From positions 30,754,001-30,818,000 of the forward strand of contig NC_087436.1 in the NCBI RefSeq assembly GCF_036321535.1: DNA of 64,000 bases, read 5' to 3'. Source of the stretch: Camelus dromedarius. Taxonomy: Eukaryota. The position numbers and the translations under genes were made by a program. Shown here one piece after another: positions 42,077-54,657 of this stretch (position 1 is the first letter of the stretch; every line of letters starts with the position of its first letter). The notes below the pieces were generated by a model, which was given only the letters and a program-made list of their open reading frames with translations, searched no databases and was not told where the DNA came from.

Positions 42077-44359
42077 CGAGCAAACCAGCAAGTCCGAGTT
42101 TAGGAATGAAATTTTACACGCTAAATGAAAACTTTCCAAGTTTCTTTCATGGTATACTTCAGGAAGAACCATGTAGCTTGCTTATTAATTGGTTTGTGAA
42201 GAAATTTGCATTTTGGAGTATTTCAAGCACATAGGGGTTGTGCATCAGAGTTGGAACTGGGCAAAAATAGAGGACAGTCATATCTGAGCTATTTATTAGG
42301 ATCACAACTGAAATCCACAAACTAAGATACAGAACTTAGTGGCATTTGCTTTTAGATCACTAAACCTAACCAGGATCTGTCTCTTAGTAAGGCTGTTAAA
42401 CTGTTAGATGGGAGTCTGGCTTGAACAACGGTTCTCTGTGTTTGAGTTCAATGTTACAAGACAGTTATGGAAGGGACACCGAATAAGCATATTGCTGCTT
42501 TGGAGGCCAGAAGAATGCACTGTTTAAGATATGTTTCACAGAGCATTTTGTGAGCTAAATTAGGGGTATACAAAAGCTCCCATGAAGTCACAGGCTGGTA
42601 ACTGGTCTTCAGCTCTGCTTTGAAAGATTCAAAATTTCTGAAGATTTTGAGTATTCCCCTTAAAAGGCATTTATGCTTTGGTTGATTCTAGGACCCTTTG
42701 TTCTCTTCATTTGCTAAAAGAGAATTATGTGGTTAGCTCTTAAGATTGTGGGACCAGTGCTATATCAAAAAAGGAATAAAGAAATGTGCCAGAGATTAGA
42801 GAAAGACCAAATTGTGGTGAGAATATGCCGCTGCATGAGAGAGGTGACGGGCCTTAGAGGGAGACTCAATGGCATTTGACGTATGGTTTTCAGGGTCACC
42901 ATTAGGATTACCTATGTTCTTAAATTCACAAATGTGACTGTCACTGTGGCTGACAGCACTTGAATGTGTTTTCAGTAATGAGGCCAGTTACAGGGACTTA
43001 TATGTCAAGTTTCTTACCAGACATCAGGATTAAGGAGAAAAGACTTGCACATATATGTTAAGTTGTGAGATATTTTTTTACAGGGAGCAATATGATAAGG
43101 CAAAGTAGGAAAGGACATGGAAAACCAGGACAGTCTACACAAGTCTCTTCTTAACAAGGTCTTTCTGAAGAAATCTAGACCGATAGAAGTGAGCCCTCTG
43201 ATTCTCAGTATTAGCAGAGCCATTTTGGAGATCCAGATATAGAAGGCAGCACTGGCTACTCCGTAACACAAAAACTGAGCAGAAAAGTTTTGACTGATAT
43301 ATCATTTCATATCAGAAAGCTGCTGAGGTTGTCCTCCTGACAAGCAAGATCCTATCAACTCAGGGCAGTCAGCTTCCCCACTTCTGATTAGAAGGCTAGC
43401 AAGCCTGAGGTCATTCAGAGTCAAAAGATCACTAATTACTTTAGTGTGAATAACTTTGCCCCAAATAACATCTGGAAGCTGCACCTACCACTAAGCCCAT
43501 AAAAGGCTTCAGGAGTATTTGAGAGATTCAGAAAAAAAAATATATATATATATCAAAGAAACACCCACTACACTAGGAATTTGTTTTTTCAGCAGTGAGA
43601 TGAGCATCTTATATACCTCACCATTGGCAGATCTCTATCCTGATTGTCAAGTGAGGACATAATAAGAGTAGCGGTGCTGTGTTTTTAATTACTCTGGCTA
43701 CATGAGGGGGTGGTGGTAGAGAGGCAGTAGATGAACTCTTTCCCTCCCTTACAGAAGTTAAAGACCCTGCCTGCAGTGCATTCTGGTGACAATGTTGTAT
43801 CTCTTTTGGGGTCAAGGACATAGGATGACCCCTACTTCTTATTTGAAGGCACTATGTTGGAAAACTAGTTTATGAATTCCTCCAGCTCACCCAGTCACCT
43901 TTGCATTATAATACTGCCAACTCTGGCCATCATGAGTTATTCATCCTTTAAGTTCCAAGAAAAACCTGATGCCTTCACTGACACAGAAGAGCTCCCACCT
44001 GGCCAGGATCGGGTGAAGGTGCCTCACAGGGTGGTGGAGAGGAGGACAGGGGAGGAAGCAAAGAATTTACTCGGTATTTTAAAAAGTCAAGTGAGCTAAG
44101 TAATTAGGCCTCCAAAGAGGTAACTCAGTGATTACTTATGCCCAGATTTGTAAAATAAGGAGTAAGAGAAGAGGACCAGTAGGTAGAAAGTCTGGACAGG
44201 GGCATAAGGAATTGTTTTAAGTCTTCTCATTAGCATCATCTTACAGATAATGTACCAGATTTTGCAAGAGGTAAAAATATTTGCTCACTCAAAGTTGGAA
44301 CAACATGGTTAAAAACTCCCACATTTGAATCAGCATAAGGAGAATCAACCATTCCTCAA

Positions 44360-44793
44360 GTAGTGGATACTACGGTGCATGCCCAGAACTCTTCTATCGT
44401 ACAAAAGCATTCATCTCCCCAGATATCCTAGGGTCAACAGCCGACAACTCACAGGTGAGAACCCCCTCCTGGTGCTCGCCCTTGGCTGAAAAAAGCTCCC
44501 TCGTCCAAAGTTGCACCACCCTCATGGGGCAGCCACATCCAAAGATGGGTTTAAATGAGTGGTATGAAGGCTCAGCTTATTTATACTAATTCAGGAAGGA
44601 TGGTGCCGGGTCCAGAGATCCATTGGAAATAAACTGAAGCCTGTTGTAACTGCTCTGAACCGCCTTAACTGCTTTCTACTGCTGCTTCTTTCACTCCGCT
44701 ACAAATGTCAATCTCAAAAGCATTCTTGACTAAACTTCCTGCACAAAAATTTACTTCTCAGACTCTTCTTCTTGTGGAACTTGAACTGCAACG
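44360..44793 (+). mobile_element. ERVL solo LTR (LTR16C-like)
   Basis: cgcccttggctgaaaaaagctccctcgtccaaagttgcaccaccctcatggggcagccacatcca...taaacttcctgcacaaaaatttacttctcagactc...ggaacttgaactgcaac. Confidence 0.7.
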
Positions 44794-45454
44794 CGCACCA
44801 CTGAAAGAGCTGGACCTGAAGGGGCTGTGTATTTGCTAATTAGTATACTTTCAAGACTTGAAGTAAGATCTACATTACTCTGAAGAGACAGGCAAAGGAT
44901 ATCAGAGGCTGTGCACAAGAGGGAAAGACCTGTGTGCTATCATTTAAGAAAGGCCTAAAAGAAATGTCCAATTTAAATTCTGAATGGTACCTCTCCCTGA
45001 TATCTCAGGTTATATAGTTAAAAACACTATTGCTAATTTGATCCCTTGTTGAGTACATGCTTTTTGGGAGAAATCTAAAGAAGACCTGAGACCTGCTTCA
45101 AGACCTGCCAAAAGGAAACGCTATGTAAGGTCACAGACAAATCCTTATAGCACAGAGAAAATTACCCATTTCTTTCTACTCTGAGTATTTGTAACAGTAT
45201 ACAAAGGGTGGGCTCTGGTGGCATTCACAGGTGGAAGGAATATTTATATGTGCTTCATTTGGCTATAAATATAATTTCTCTATTTGAATATGAACTGAAA
45301 ATTAACCCAATCCCCTTTTCCTTTTCCTATCTTGATTGACCACTGAGCAAAATCATAAAAATGTTGATTTCTTTGGCAGTATCATAAAACAGAGAATACA
45401 TAAACATGCTTTACTTTAGCAGCAACCAGAAGTACTTCTTTCCAACTTTGCCAT

Positions 45455-45762
45455 CCCTGTTTGTTGACTGTCAGCTCTGCAATCAACCTTTATAATTTCC
45501 TTTGTACCTCTTGGGCTGAAGCGTGCGAACTACATTTCCCAGGCTCTCTTGTCATCTGTCTTCTTCAAGTTTCCCCCATAGGCAACTGATGGGAGTTTAG
45601 AAGTACAGAAGGAAAGTTATTTTCTGTGTTTGGCAATATCTTCCTTCATTAGTGGCACTTCTAGTACTTTCTAACACTTTTATAATCAATACCCTGAGTT
45701 AAACTCCTCTCTGCTTGAAATATCTAGAGTGGTTTCTATTTTTCTGACTGGATGCTGAATAT
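45455..45762 (+). mobile_element. ERVL LTR33-like fragment
   Basis: gaactacatttcccaggctctcttg...ttaaactcctctctgcttgaaatatctagagtggtttctatttttctgactgga. Confidence 0.7.
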
Positions 45763-47497
45763 TCAGAGAGGGTAGAAGAACCACTATTTGTGAGGTTAGC
45801 TCTATCTTTCAAGAATACATTTTGGTCTGCTAATGGACCTTGACTTTTCATAACATTATTGAAGCTTCCAATTTACTGACCTCAAAGAAATCACTTAACT
45901 TTTCTGAGCTCTTATTTTCTTAGGAAAATGCTTTCCTCCTTTCTCAGGAAAATGCAGGGCTTGAACCTCATAAACCTTAAGGAAGTTTATAACTTTTAGT
46001 TTTATGAATCCCAAAAAAGTAGAACAATTGGATTCTCACCAATCGTTAAATTATCTTTGTTTAAAGATCAGGCTCAAAAACCAATGCTCAAAGAGTAAGA
46101 TGATGATGGACTTACAGTATAATTATTTGGGGGATGCTTGATATTTTAGACACGTGTGTTAGCAAACAATATATGGGACCACAAGCAGTAGGGAATCCAG
46201 AAATTTACTATACTTTAAAGGTAATATCAAGCACTGTATAAATTCAATCATAAGGGATTGCCACTTGTTTGTCACACAATTTCAAATGTGAGCTGTGCAT
46301 TTTTCCTAAAAGTCTAAAGCTACAAAAGTATAGTACTGACACTATACTCTAAGACACTAATAGGCAGCTTATCTTGCAATAAATAGAAAATGATTCATTT
46401 GTCATAGTCAGTAACTGATGTAACTGATAATCAAGACATGCGTATATGTCTTTTCATAGAAAATAACCTGCTGTGTGAATGTTAACAACTTGGATATTAA
46501 TAACTCAAAAATACTATTGCTGTCATTTAAAGACATAACAAAATGTGGCTTAAAACTGCAATTTGTTTGGCATAGGTGTGTTTTAGAGCCATAAAAGCTG
46601 TTGGGATCATGCTCAAGGCATATATCTAGTGAGAAATGTTTCTTAGCTTCATAACTACAAGGCTTCACCCTCATCAGCTATCTTTTGTCCAAACTATAAT
46701 CATGCAAAATTACTGGGAGTGAGAGCTCTTGTTACTGGCATTCGCAGAGTAATTTATAATGTTGGAAAGGCCTTTGCCATTTTTCTAATTGACGCTCTAA
46801 GTCAGGATTGCATTTGGATCTATCACTGACACTTGGTTGTCACACAGAGCCGAACTTAAGCTGTGCATCTTAAACACCATTGCTACATATGCTATTTCTT
46901 CTGTTTCAACAAAGCAGCAAACACATGTTTGGATTCATCACGTCATGACAATGGTTTCAAACCTTAAAATTTGTGTTCAGAATGTGCATAAATTACCTTG
47001 GAACTAAGCAAAACATTCTTAAATAGAAGAATTGATGTTACCTTAAAATAAATTAATCTTTGAGTTATTTTGGAAGCTAGCCATATTCTTTTTTAAACTA
47101 TATAGTATGATTCTTTTTTAAACTCTATAGTATGATTTTTGAAATTAAGACTGTTTATAAAATATGAGATTTATAATAGCTGTTTCCTCAAATATTATGC
47201 ACTATCAAAAACCCCTACTAAATATAGATAAGATGGGATTATTCTAAAATAATGTGCACACCTCAATTGTCATATATAATGACACATCTAAAATAATGCA
47301 AGTCACATTAGAATATGAGCATGCGCATAAAAATAACATATTAAGCATGGAATTGCATTATTTAAGCATCACTAATGTTCATATTTTTCTTTCCATTAAT
47401 TATAGATTTAAAAAAATGATATATAAACTACAGTGAAGTATTCTGTTATCTCATATGCCTTACAGGCAAAATAAAGAAAATGTATATCTCAGAAAAT

Positions 47498-47994
47498 GTA
47501 TTATCTATTATTACCTAACAAATTACTCCAAAACTTAAAAGTTTAAAACAATAGTTTTTGTGGATCAGGACTCCAGGCACAGCTTACTTGGATCTTTTAC
47601 TCCAGGGCATTTCACAGGCTACAGTCAAAATGTTTCTGGGCTGTAGTCGTCCTAAGTTTTGATTGGGGAAAGATTCTCTTCCAAGTTCACATAGTTCTTG
47701 GCAGGATACAGTTCCTCACGGGTTATTGGATCAAGAGCCTCAGTTCCTTGCAATCTGTTAGCCAGAGGCCACCCTCAGATTCTTGCCACATAAGGTTCTC
47801 CAAAATGACAGCTTATTACATGAAAGCATTCAAGCCAAGAAGGCAATAGAGAGATCTGGCTAGCAAGACGGAAGTCATAATCTCTTGTAATCCAGTAATG
47901 GAAGTAATAGTTCAGTGTTGCTGTATTCTGTTGGCTAGGCATGAATACCAGAAGGTGGAAATTGGGAGGGGCATCTTAGATGGTGCCTATCACA
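47498..47994 (-). mobile_element. MaLR LTR (MLT1F-like), near full length
   Basis: taacaaattactccaaaactta...tgtggatcaggactccaggcacagctta...cttccaagttcaca...ttggcaggatacagttcctc...aggcatgaataccagaaggtgg...tgcctatcaca. Confidence 0.8.
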
Positions 47995-49836
47995 GATACC
48001 TAAGGTGTGAATCAGAAGCAATGTAACAATATAAAATCTATAATTTTTTAACAATACTTGTTTCTCCCTTCTGAAAATCAATCTTAAAGATATGCTTTCA
48101 AATACTGAGCTACCCTAGGTAACATTTCTCTACCCTTTACATTAGAACTAAACTCAGAAGGGCAATGCTAAAATTATTGTTCCTCCATTAGAAAGCATAT
48201 TTAAAGAAATACTATTTTATCATACTGGAGATAAAAATAAGCCTCAACATGAAGTAGCCAAACATGTTTATAAGCAATGAATAATACACATTTTCACTTC
48301 ACATATTTTGAGTTATTATTTCTCATTCAACATAGTAGATAAGGGAAAACTGAACCTTAATCCCCAATATCCATGATTCAATTTCTGATAATAAATTATG
48401 TAGTTAAAGGATATGTACTTTCTCAAGTCAATAGAACATTAGTATGACACTTCACTATGGAAACAAATTGTACATTCCAATCTCATCTTAGTTTATATAA
48501 GCAACTGATAAGAAATGGATCTAGTATAATGAGTTATCAGAAATGAATAAAACATTTTAGACAGTGTGTACAAAATACACATAGTCAGTATCTACTGAAA
48601 TATTGTTTCCCAATATGTAAAACAGCTGATAAAACCTCCTCAATATGAAGAAAATATATATAAGTCCTAAAAATATTAGATAATAGATAACAAGTCACCT
48701 GTTGCTATTCATAAGTGTTAGCATACATGGGTTAAAGCTGCAATAAGCTGAAGAAATTTCGTAACAAGTGTTATCTGTGTATTTCCTCTAGGTCACAATC
48801 TACATTCAGATGCTGCCATTTCAAGAACAAGAAGAGCAGAAAGAGGAAGTAGGTGAAAAAAAATGAAAGAAAAAGCAAGGGTCAGAAAGGGTAGTCCTCC
48901 AGTGCTCACGTTCCTCCCACAGCTTTCTTAGAGCCATAAACTTCCTCTACAGTCTGGAATTTTGCAGATTAGCAGACTCATTTGTAAAGTAACTGTTTTC
49001 TTCAACATAAACTAAAACATATACACATGTTAATGTGTAAAGATACAGTGCTTCCTATTATAAAATTTATTTCTGTAACATGAGAAAGACATAAAATATT
49101 TTTGTATTTACAATGTAAATGAAAATTTTTTGACTAAAAACTAAAGATTTTGCTGCTTAACTTTCATTCTCTATTTATTTCCTTTGAGGCTTTTCCCTTC
49201 GAAGTTTAACATCAACTTTTTCCCTATATTTTATCTTTTAACTTGGAACACTATTATATAGTCATATTTTTCCATTTTTAATGTCAAGATCAAGCTCCAG
49301 TGAAATGGGATTTCTTTGCCATCCTGTTCTGCTGCCCCTTTCACTTTACCTTCGAGGAGAAGGATTGATTCTTAATTGTCAAGTTCAAGGACATAAGATT
49401 AGGGTCCCAAACCTACAGAATGATGGTTATTGTTTGACCTTCCTATTTCCCAGGGTCTGAAGACATAAACAAGGCTAAAAACTGTTGCTACTTCATGAAA
49501 GCACAATCATCTCTCTGTCTTTGTGTCACATCACTTATTTCCTCCCCCTGTTCATTGTCTTTCCCACACAGCTACTGAGTGCAGTCCAGCTGTCTACCTG
49601 ACTCTGCTCAGGAGATGCCTAGACAAGAATGCTTGGGCAAGAGGTTCTGGACAGGGAGGAGCTCTCTTTGGTCTTCTGGGTCTCTTGTGCTTTTGTTTAA
49701 CTCTTCTCTGTAGATTTCTACTCTTTCTTTCCTACTAGAATAACAGGATTCATGTTATTTAGGTTTTGAGCCTAGAGATATAGCTAATGTCAATCAGATT
49801 ATTCAGCCTGCTTTTGTTCTAGGCCATAGCTTGTTT

Positions 49837-50014
49837 TTTGTTTTTTGTGTTTTTTTTTCTTTCTTTCTTTATTTTTTTGTTTTGGTTTTGTTTTGGGTGG
49901 AAGTAATTAGGTTTATTTATTTCCTTATTTATTTTAATGGAAGTACTGGGGATTGAACCCAGGACCTCATGCAGGCTAAGCATGTGCTCTACCACTGAGC
50001 TACACCCTCCCCTC
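49837..50014 (-). mobile_element. tRNA-derived SINE, camelid Vic-1 type
   Basis: Minus strand reads GGGGAGGGTGTAGCTCAGTGGTAGAGCACATGCTTAGCCTGCATGAGGTCCTGGGTTCAATCCCCAGTAC, with A box TAGCTCAGTGG and B box GGTTCAATCCC, then an A-rich tail. 9-bp TSD AGCTTGTTT at 49828-49836 and 50015-50023. Confidence 0.9.
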
Positions 50015-50977
50015 AGCTTGTTTCTAACATAGATAAAAAGAGTCCTCCATGTGGACCAACTGACCTCACCACATAGCTGTACAGTGTTTGTCTGGCACAC
50101 TGTTCTTTATGAGAATAACTCTCTGACCCTAGGAAAAGACACTTTTAAAAGGACAAATTGTAGGCTCCCATTATCTCTCTCTCCCTCTTTCCCTCTCTAC
50201 TTCTCCATTTGATAAGCATATATGGCATAGTTATACAAATTATATGTTTTATAAATAAATGTTGCATTTTCATAAATATACATTTTATGAATATAAGTGA
50301 TATATTAAATGGTATCTATATATGTATAATATGTGTATTTAAATATAGTACATATAGATGTAAATTTGATATAGATATAGAGCCTTTTTGAACAAATCTT
50401 ACAAAAATGCTCAAAAATCTAAGAATTTAAATAATAATAAGGAAGATTCACATTAGTTGGCATCACAATAATTAAACATCCAGTGACCTACAGGTAAAAC
50501 ATCATGTCTACCTTAATAAATGGAAAAAAAATGGACAAAAAGATTTCAAAACCACAGCTGTATACTAGCCATATAAAGTAGACTGGGAAGATGATCATTT
50601 CCCTCAGGAAGAGGACCAAGGACTCTGGGGATTACTAAACCTCACAAAGAAACTGGTGATAAAAGAAGGAGTTCTACTAAAGAGATCTGACAATATTGCT
50701 TTCACCTCAGAGCTAGACTTGGGTGCCCCACCATAAAACTTTTCCTGATGCTCTGTCAGAAGTTGGGCACTCTCTTGACTTTGGAGCTTCCTTTCTGAAG
50801 CATATTATAATTATTTTTTCATTTAGTAGTAATCTTAGTAAATTCTTTAGAGTAAGGACATCTTTAACTGTCATTCCTTCCTCAGAAATAGCATAAAGAA
50901 ATTCACATACCTGTCGCTTACAAATGATTTTCTTGGGAAGAATACCACCATTATTAACACTTGCATAAAGGAAGAGA

Positions 50978-51280
50978 CTCATTTGTTCAAAGGTATTTAT
51001 CAAATGTCTTCCATGTGGAAGACTTTGTTCTAGGCATTTGGGATATATGACTGAATTTAAAGTACAAGAATTCCTGCTTTCATAGAGCTTACATTTCAGT
51101 GGGAAAGATGACAATAAATTATAATTATCAGGAGGAAATAAAATTAGATTAAAATGTAATGTGTAATGAAAGAAAATACAAACCAGGGTAAGTTAAGGGC
51201 CATTGGGAGCAGTGGGGAAAGGAGAGACCACTCAGGTAACATCAGTCAGGGAGATAACAAGAGGCAATGAGGAAGTTCTT
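50978..51280 (-). mobile_element. L2a 3' end
   Basis: catttgttcaaaggtatttatcaaatgtcttccatgtg...ttctaggcatttgggatata...ttcctgctttcatagagcttacatttcagtggg. Confidence 0.75.
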
Positions 51281-52284
51281 TTATGTGTTAATAGCTACTT
51301 AAATCTGGCATGTATAAAAATTCACAGATTTTGGTTAACTTAGAGCCCACTGAAATAATGGCTAAAACAATAGCTTCAAACTATTTAATGTGAGTATTTC
51401 TGAATTAAAAAGACTGAAGCAAGCTTTAGAATATAAAGTTTTTCTCTATGAGAAAATTATAGCATGTGACTATTCTAAACTATCCCTAAAACAGGATCCC
51501 AAGAACAGACTGCTGTGCTATTTCTCTGAGAAAGCTGACTACTGTAATAGCCACAAAATTCACATGACAGCTGAGAAAATTTATGCTAGTAGAAAAAAAA
51601 AAAAATTCTTAGTGAATTTGTCGCTTAGCAAGGATCCATAGCAAAACCTTTTTTGTTCTCTTTAAAAATACCTTAATTAAATGTGAAAGCACAATGCAAT
51701 TATACAGAGGAAACCTCAGAATTAAATTTAAGGTTATTGCTCAAGACATCTTTTGAAGATGTCATTTAGTACAGGCTTAACCAATTGCTTTTTACTAAAA
51801 GCCCTCTGATACAATTGAATGACTTTCCCTCTCCAGTGCAACCATCAACTGCTTAAATCAATACTGACGAAATCATTCTGTACAATATTACCTGGGTTAC
51901 AGAGGATAATTTTCCAATTGTAGAGCCATATACATTGGACACCATATAGAAAATGTATACCAAGTGCCAAACAAATGTATACTGTCCCTAATAGGAGGAC
52001 TAACCAGAGCCAAGACGTGAACTTCAACCCCACATTACATTCTGAAGGGACTCACGAGAACCCAGTAAATGGCAAAAAATTAAAGAGAACTTAAGGTAAA
52101 AAACAAAAAAACAAAAGCAAAAAACAAACAAAAAAAAACTTTTTTATCTCTACTACGCAATAGAAAACCAATAAATCTGAGCTACTGGTGAGGTTGTGAT
52201 TGTTGCATGATTTTGTGTGTAAATATACCAAAATATTATTCAGTTTCCATAAAGCTGTATGTACTATCATGAAAGTCTGTTAGA

Positions 52285-53622
52285 CTGGAGAAGCAAGATG
52301 GCAGAGTAGAAGGACGCTTGTAGCTCACCCTCTCCCACAAATACACCAAAACTCACATCTACGGACCTACTCAGCCACCCAGAGCACCTGCAGAACTCCA
52401 ACAGAACATCGCCCTCTTCGAAAGACAAAGACGCCAAAAATCTGGTAGAAGAAAAGGAAAAAAGAAAGAAGAAAAAGCAAAACAGTGCGGGACTGATCCC
52501 GTGGGGAGGGAGCAGCAAAGGAGGACTGGTGCTTGTTCGCGCTGGGCCTCCTCTCTCCAACGGAGAGGCCAGCGAAACAGCGGGACGGAAGAGGAGCCTC
52601 CGAGGCTCAGATCTGCCCCGAGCACCCCTTGACTGACAGAACTGAGTTAAACGGCCACAAAGGATCCCTGCGACACCCAGCCCGAGATGCAAGCCGGCAG
52701 CTGGGGCCAGGACAGGCCTCCCGAGCCGGGCGGAGGACTGGGGTGGATTCACTAAGGCAGCCCCGGGGGACTGCAGGGTGCTGCGTGCCCTGGCTGGGAG
52801 GGGATATGGAGCAGAATAACCTCGGTCCCCCATAAATTGCAAAAAAAAGCAAAGCAACACGGCTGGTGTGCCCTGGAGGGAGGGGTGCCATAGCCTTTGT
52901 CTCCTCAGACCTGCGCCGCCATTACTAGCGCATCTTGTGAGAAGAGAGGTGGGGCACAGCCACCATCTCTTCCTGTGCTCAGTGCCCAGGCAGGGGAGGA
53001 GCCGAGCCCTGAATCTGCACACGGGAGCTCCGCAACCTCCTAGGCAGGACTGAGACTTGTTTACAGCCCGAGGCAGATAGGATCTTTCAGCCCTGGCACC
53101 TCAGAGAACTTGCGCCGCCACGAGAAACAAGGAGCTGAGATTTGGCATGGAGCAAGGGCGGGGCCTTTCCATGGTCTTCCCTGAACCCGCCTTCGGAGCA
53201 CCAATCCGAGGCGGAGCGGGCAGCTGCACAGAGCAGCAGCGACCAGCACCGGGAGAGGGTGGGTGGCCACCCCTTTTCCTGGCATGAACACAGCACCTGA
53301 CCACAGTGCTGAGAGGGGACGCAATCCACCCACCTGCCTACCCCTGAGTGCAGCATCTGACTGTGGCATCAGGAGGAGGAGTGACCCGCCCACCCACCGG
53401 GTAAGAGCTCAGCTCCTGACCCAGTGTTAGGAGGGGGTGCAATCTGCTAGCCGACAGCCACTGGGAGCAGCACAGACAAGGGCACCAACAGAGGGCCTCT
53501 GGAAACAGCAAGCTGAGTTCGCAGAACAGGGTAAAGACACAAAGACCTCTCAATAAAATCATTAAGAGCACAATGTCTCCAGGAGAACTAGATAACTGAT
53601 ACTCCTTAAGCCACAGAGAGAT
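52285..53622 (+). promoter_or_regulatory. L1 5'UTR internal promoter (CpG-rich) with YY1 core motif at 52294-52302
   Basis: CAAGATGGC lies about 10 nt inside the 5' TSD, as in mammalian L1s. This is the only GC/CpG-rich block in the window and sits directly upstream of ORF1. Confidence 0.8.
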
Positions 53623-54514
53623 ATGAGCAATATGAAGAAGCAGAAGAGCCACTCCCAATTAAAAGATCAAGAGAAATCCCCTGAAAGCATGATCAAGGAA
53701 ATAGACATTGAAGGCCTACTAGATCAAGATTTCAAAAAAGGACTGATGAAAGTACTGAAGGAACTAAAAGAAATAGTATTTAGAGATATAAAATATGTCA
53801 AAAATGAAAAAGAAGCTATAAAGAAGAACCAAGTAGAATTAGTAACCTCATTGGCTGAGATGAGAGCTGACCTAAAGGCTGTACAAAGCAGGCTAGATAA
53901 TGTAGAGGAATGAATAAGCGACCTAGAAGACAGGACAACAGAAAGCACCCAAACAGAACAGCTGATAGAAAAACAAATAAAAAACAATGAAAACAATATA
54001 AGGGACCTATGGGATAATATAAAGCGTGCCAATAGGGGTTCAAGAAGGGGAAGAAAGAACAAAGGGGATTGAAGAGGTATTTGAAGAAATCATGACTGAA
54101 AACTTCCCAAACCTAAAGAAAAAATCAGATATCCAAGTACAGGAGGCTCAGAGGGTCCCAAACAGGAAGAACCCAAACAGACCCACACCAAGACATATCA
54201 TAATCAAGATGGCCAGAGTCAAGGATAAAGAAATGATCCTAAATACAGCAAGAGAAAAACAAAGAGTGAGGTACAAGGGAACCCCCATAAGGCTCTCAGC
54301 TGATTTCTCTGCACAAACACTACAGGCCAGAAGGGAGTGGCAAGATATATTCACAGTCCTGAATGAAAAAAAGATGCAGCTTAGGATACTCTATCCAGCA
54401 AGGCTATCCTTTAGAATAGAAGGAGAGAAAAACAACTTCACAGACAAGCAAAAACTAAAAGACTTTAGCAACACTAAACCCATGCTAAAAGAAATACTGA
54501 CAGGTCTACTCTAA
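53623..54514 (+). pseudogene. L1 ORF1p (coiled coil-RRM-CTD RNA chaperone), disrupted by one stop and one frameshift
   Basis: Reads MSNMKKQKSHSQLKDQEKSPE...RLDNVEE*ISDLEDR...RDLWDNIKRAN / IGVQEGEE...ENFPNLKK..QVQEAQRVP..PTPRHIIIKM..AREKQ..PIRLSADFS..QARREW..YPARLSF..FTDKQKL. The TGA at 53911-53913 is probably CGA->TGA. The frameshift is near 54031-54033. Confidence 0.95.
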
Positions 54515-54657
54515 ATAGAAAAGAAGCAGGATGCTACAAAAATGAGAAACTCATAACTGGAAAGGAGATAACTGCCATGAATTACAAAACGAATAAACAC
54601 AAAATTGTAAAAGAAGACAACTAAATCATTAAGAGTGGGAGAGGGAAGCAAGGAAAG

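Noticed and set aside
49940..50014. tRNA gene
   Set aside because: The tRNA-like head runs into an A-rich tail and is flanked by a TSD, so it is a SINE.
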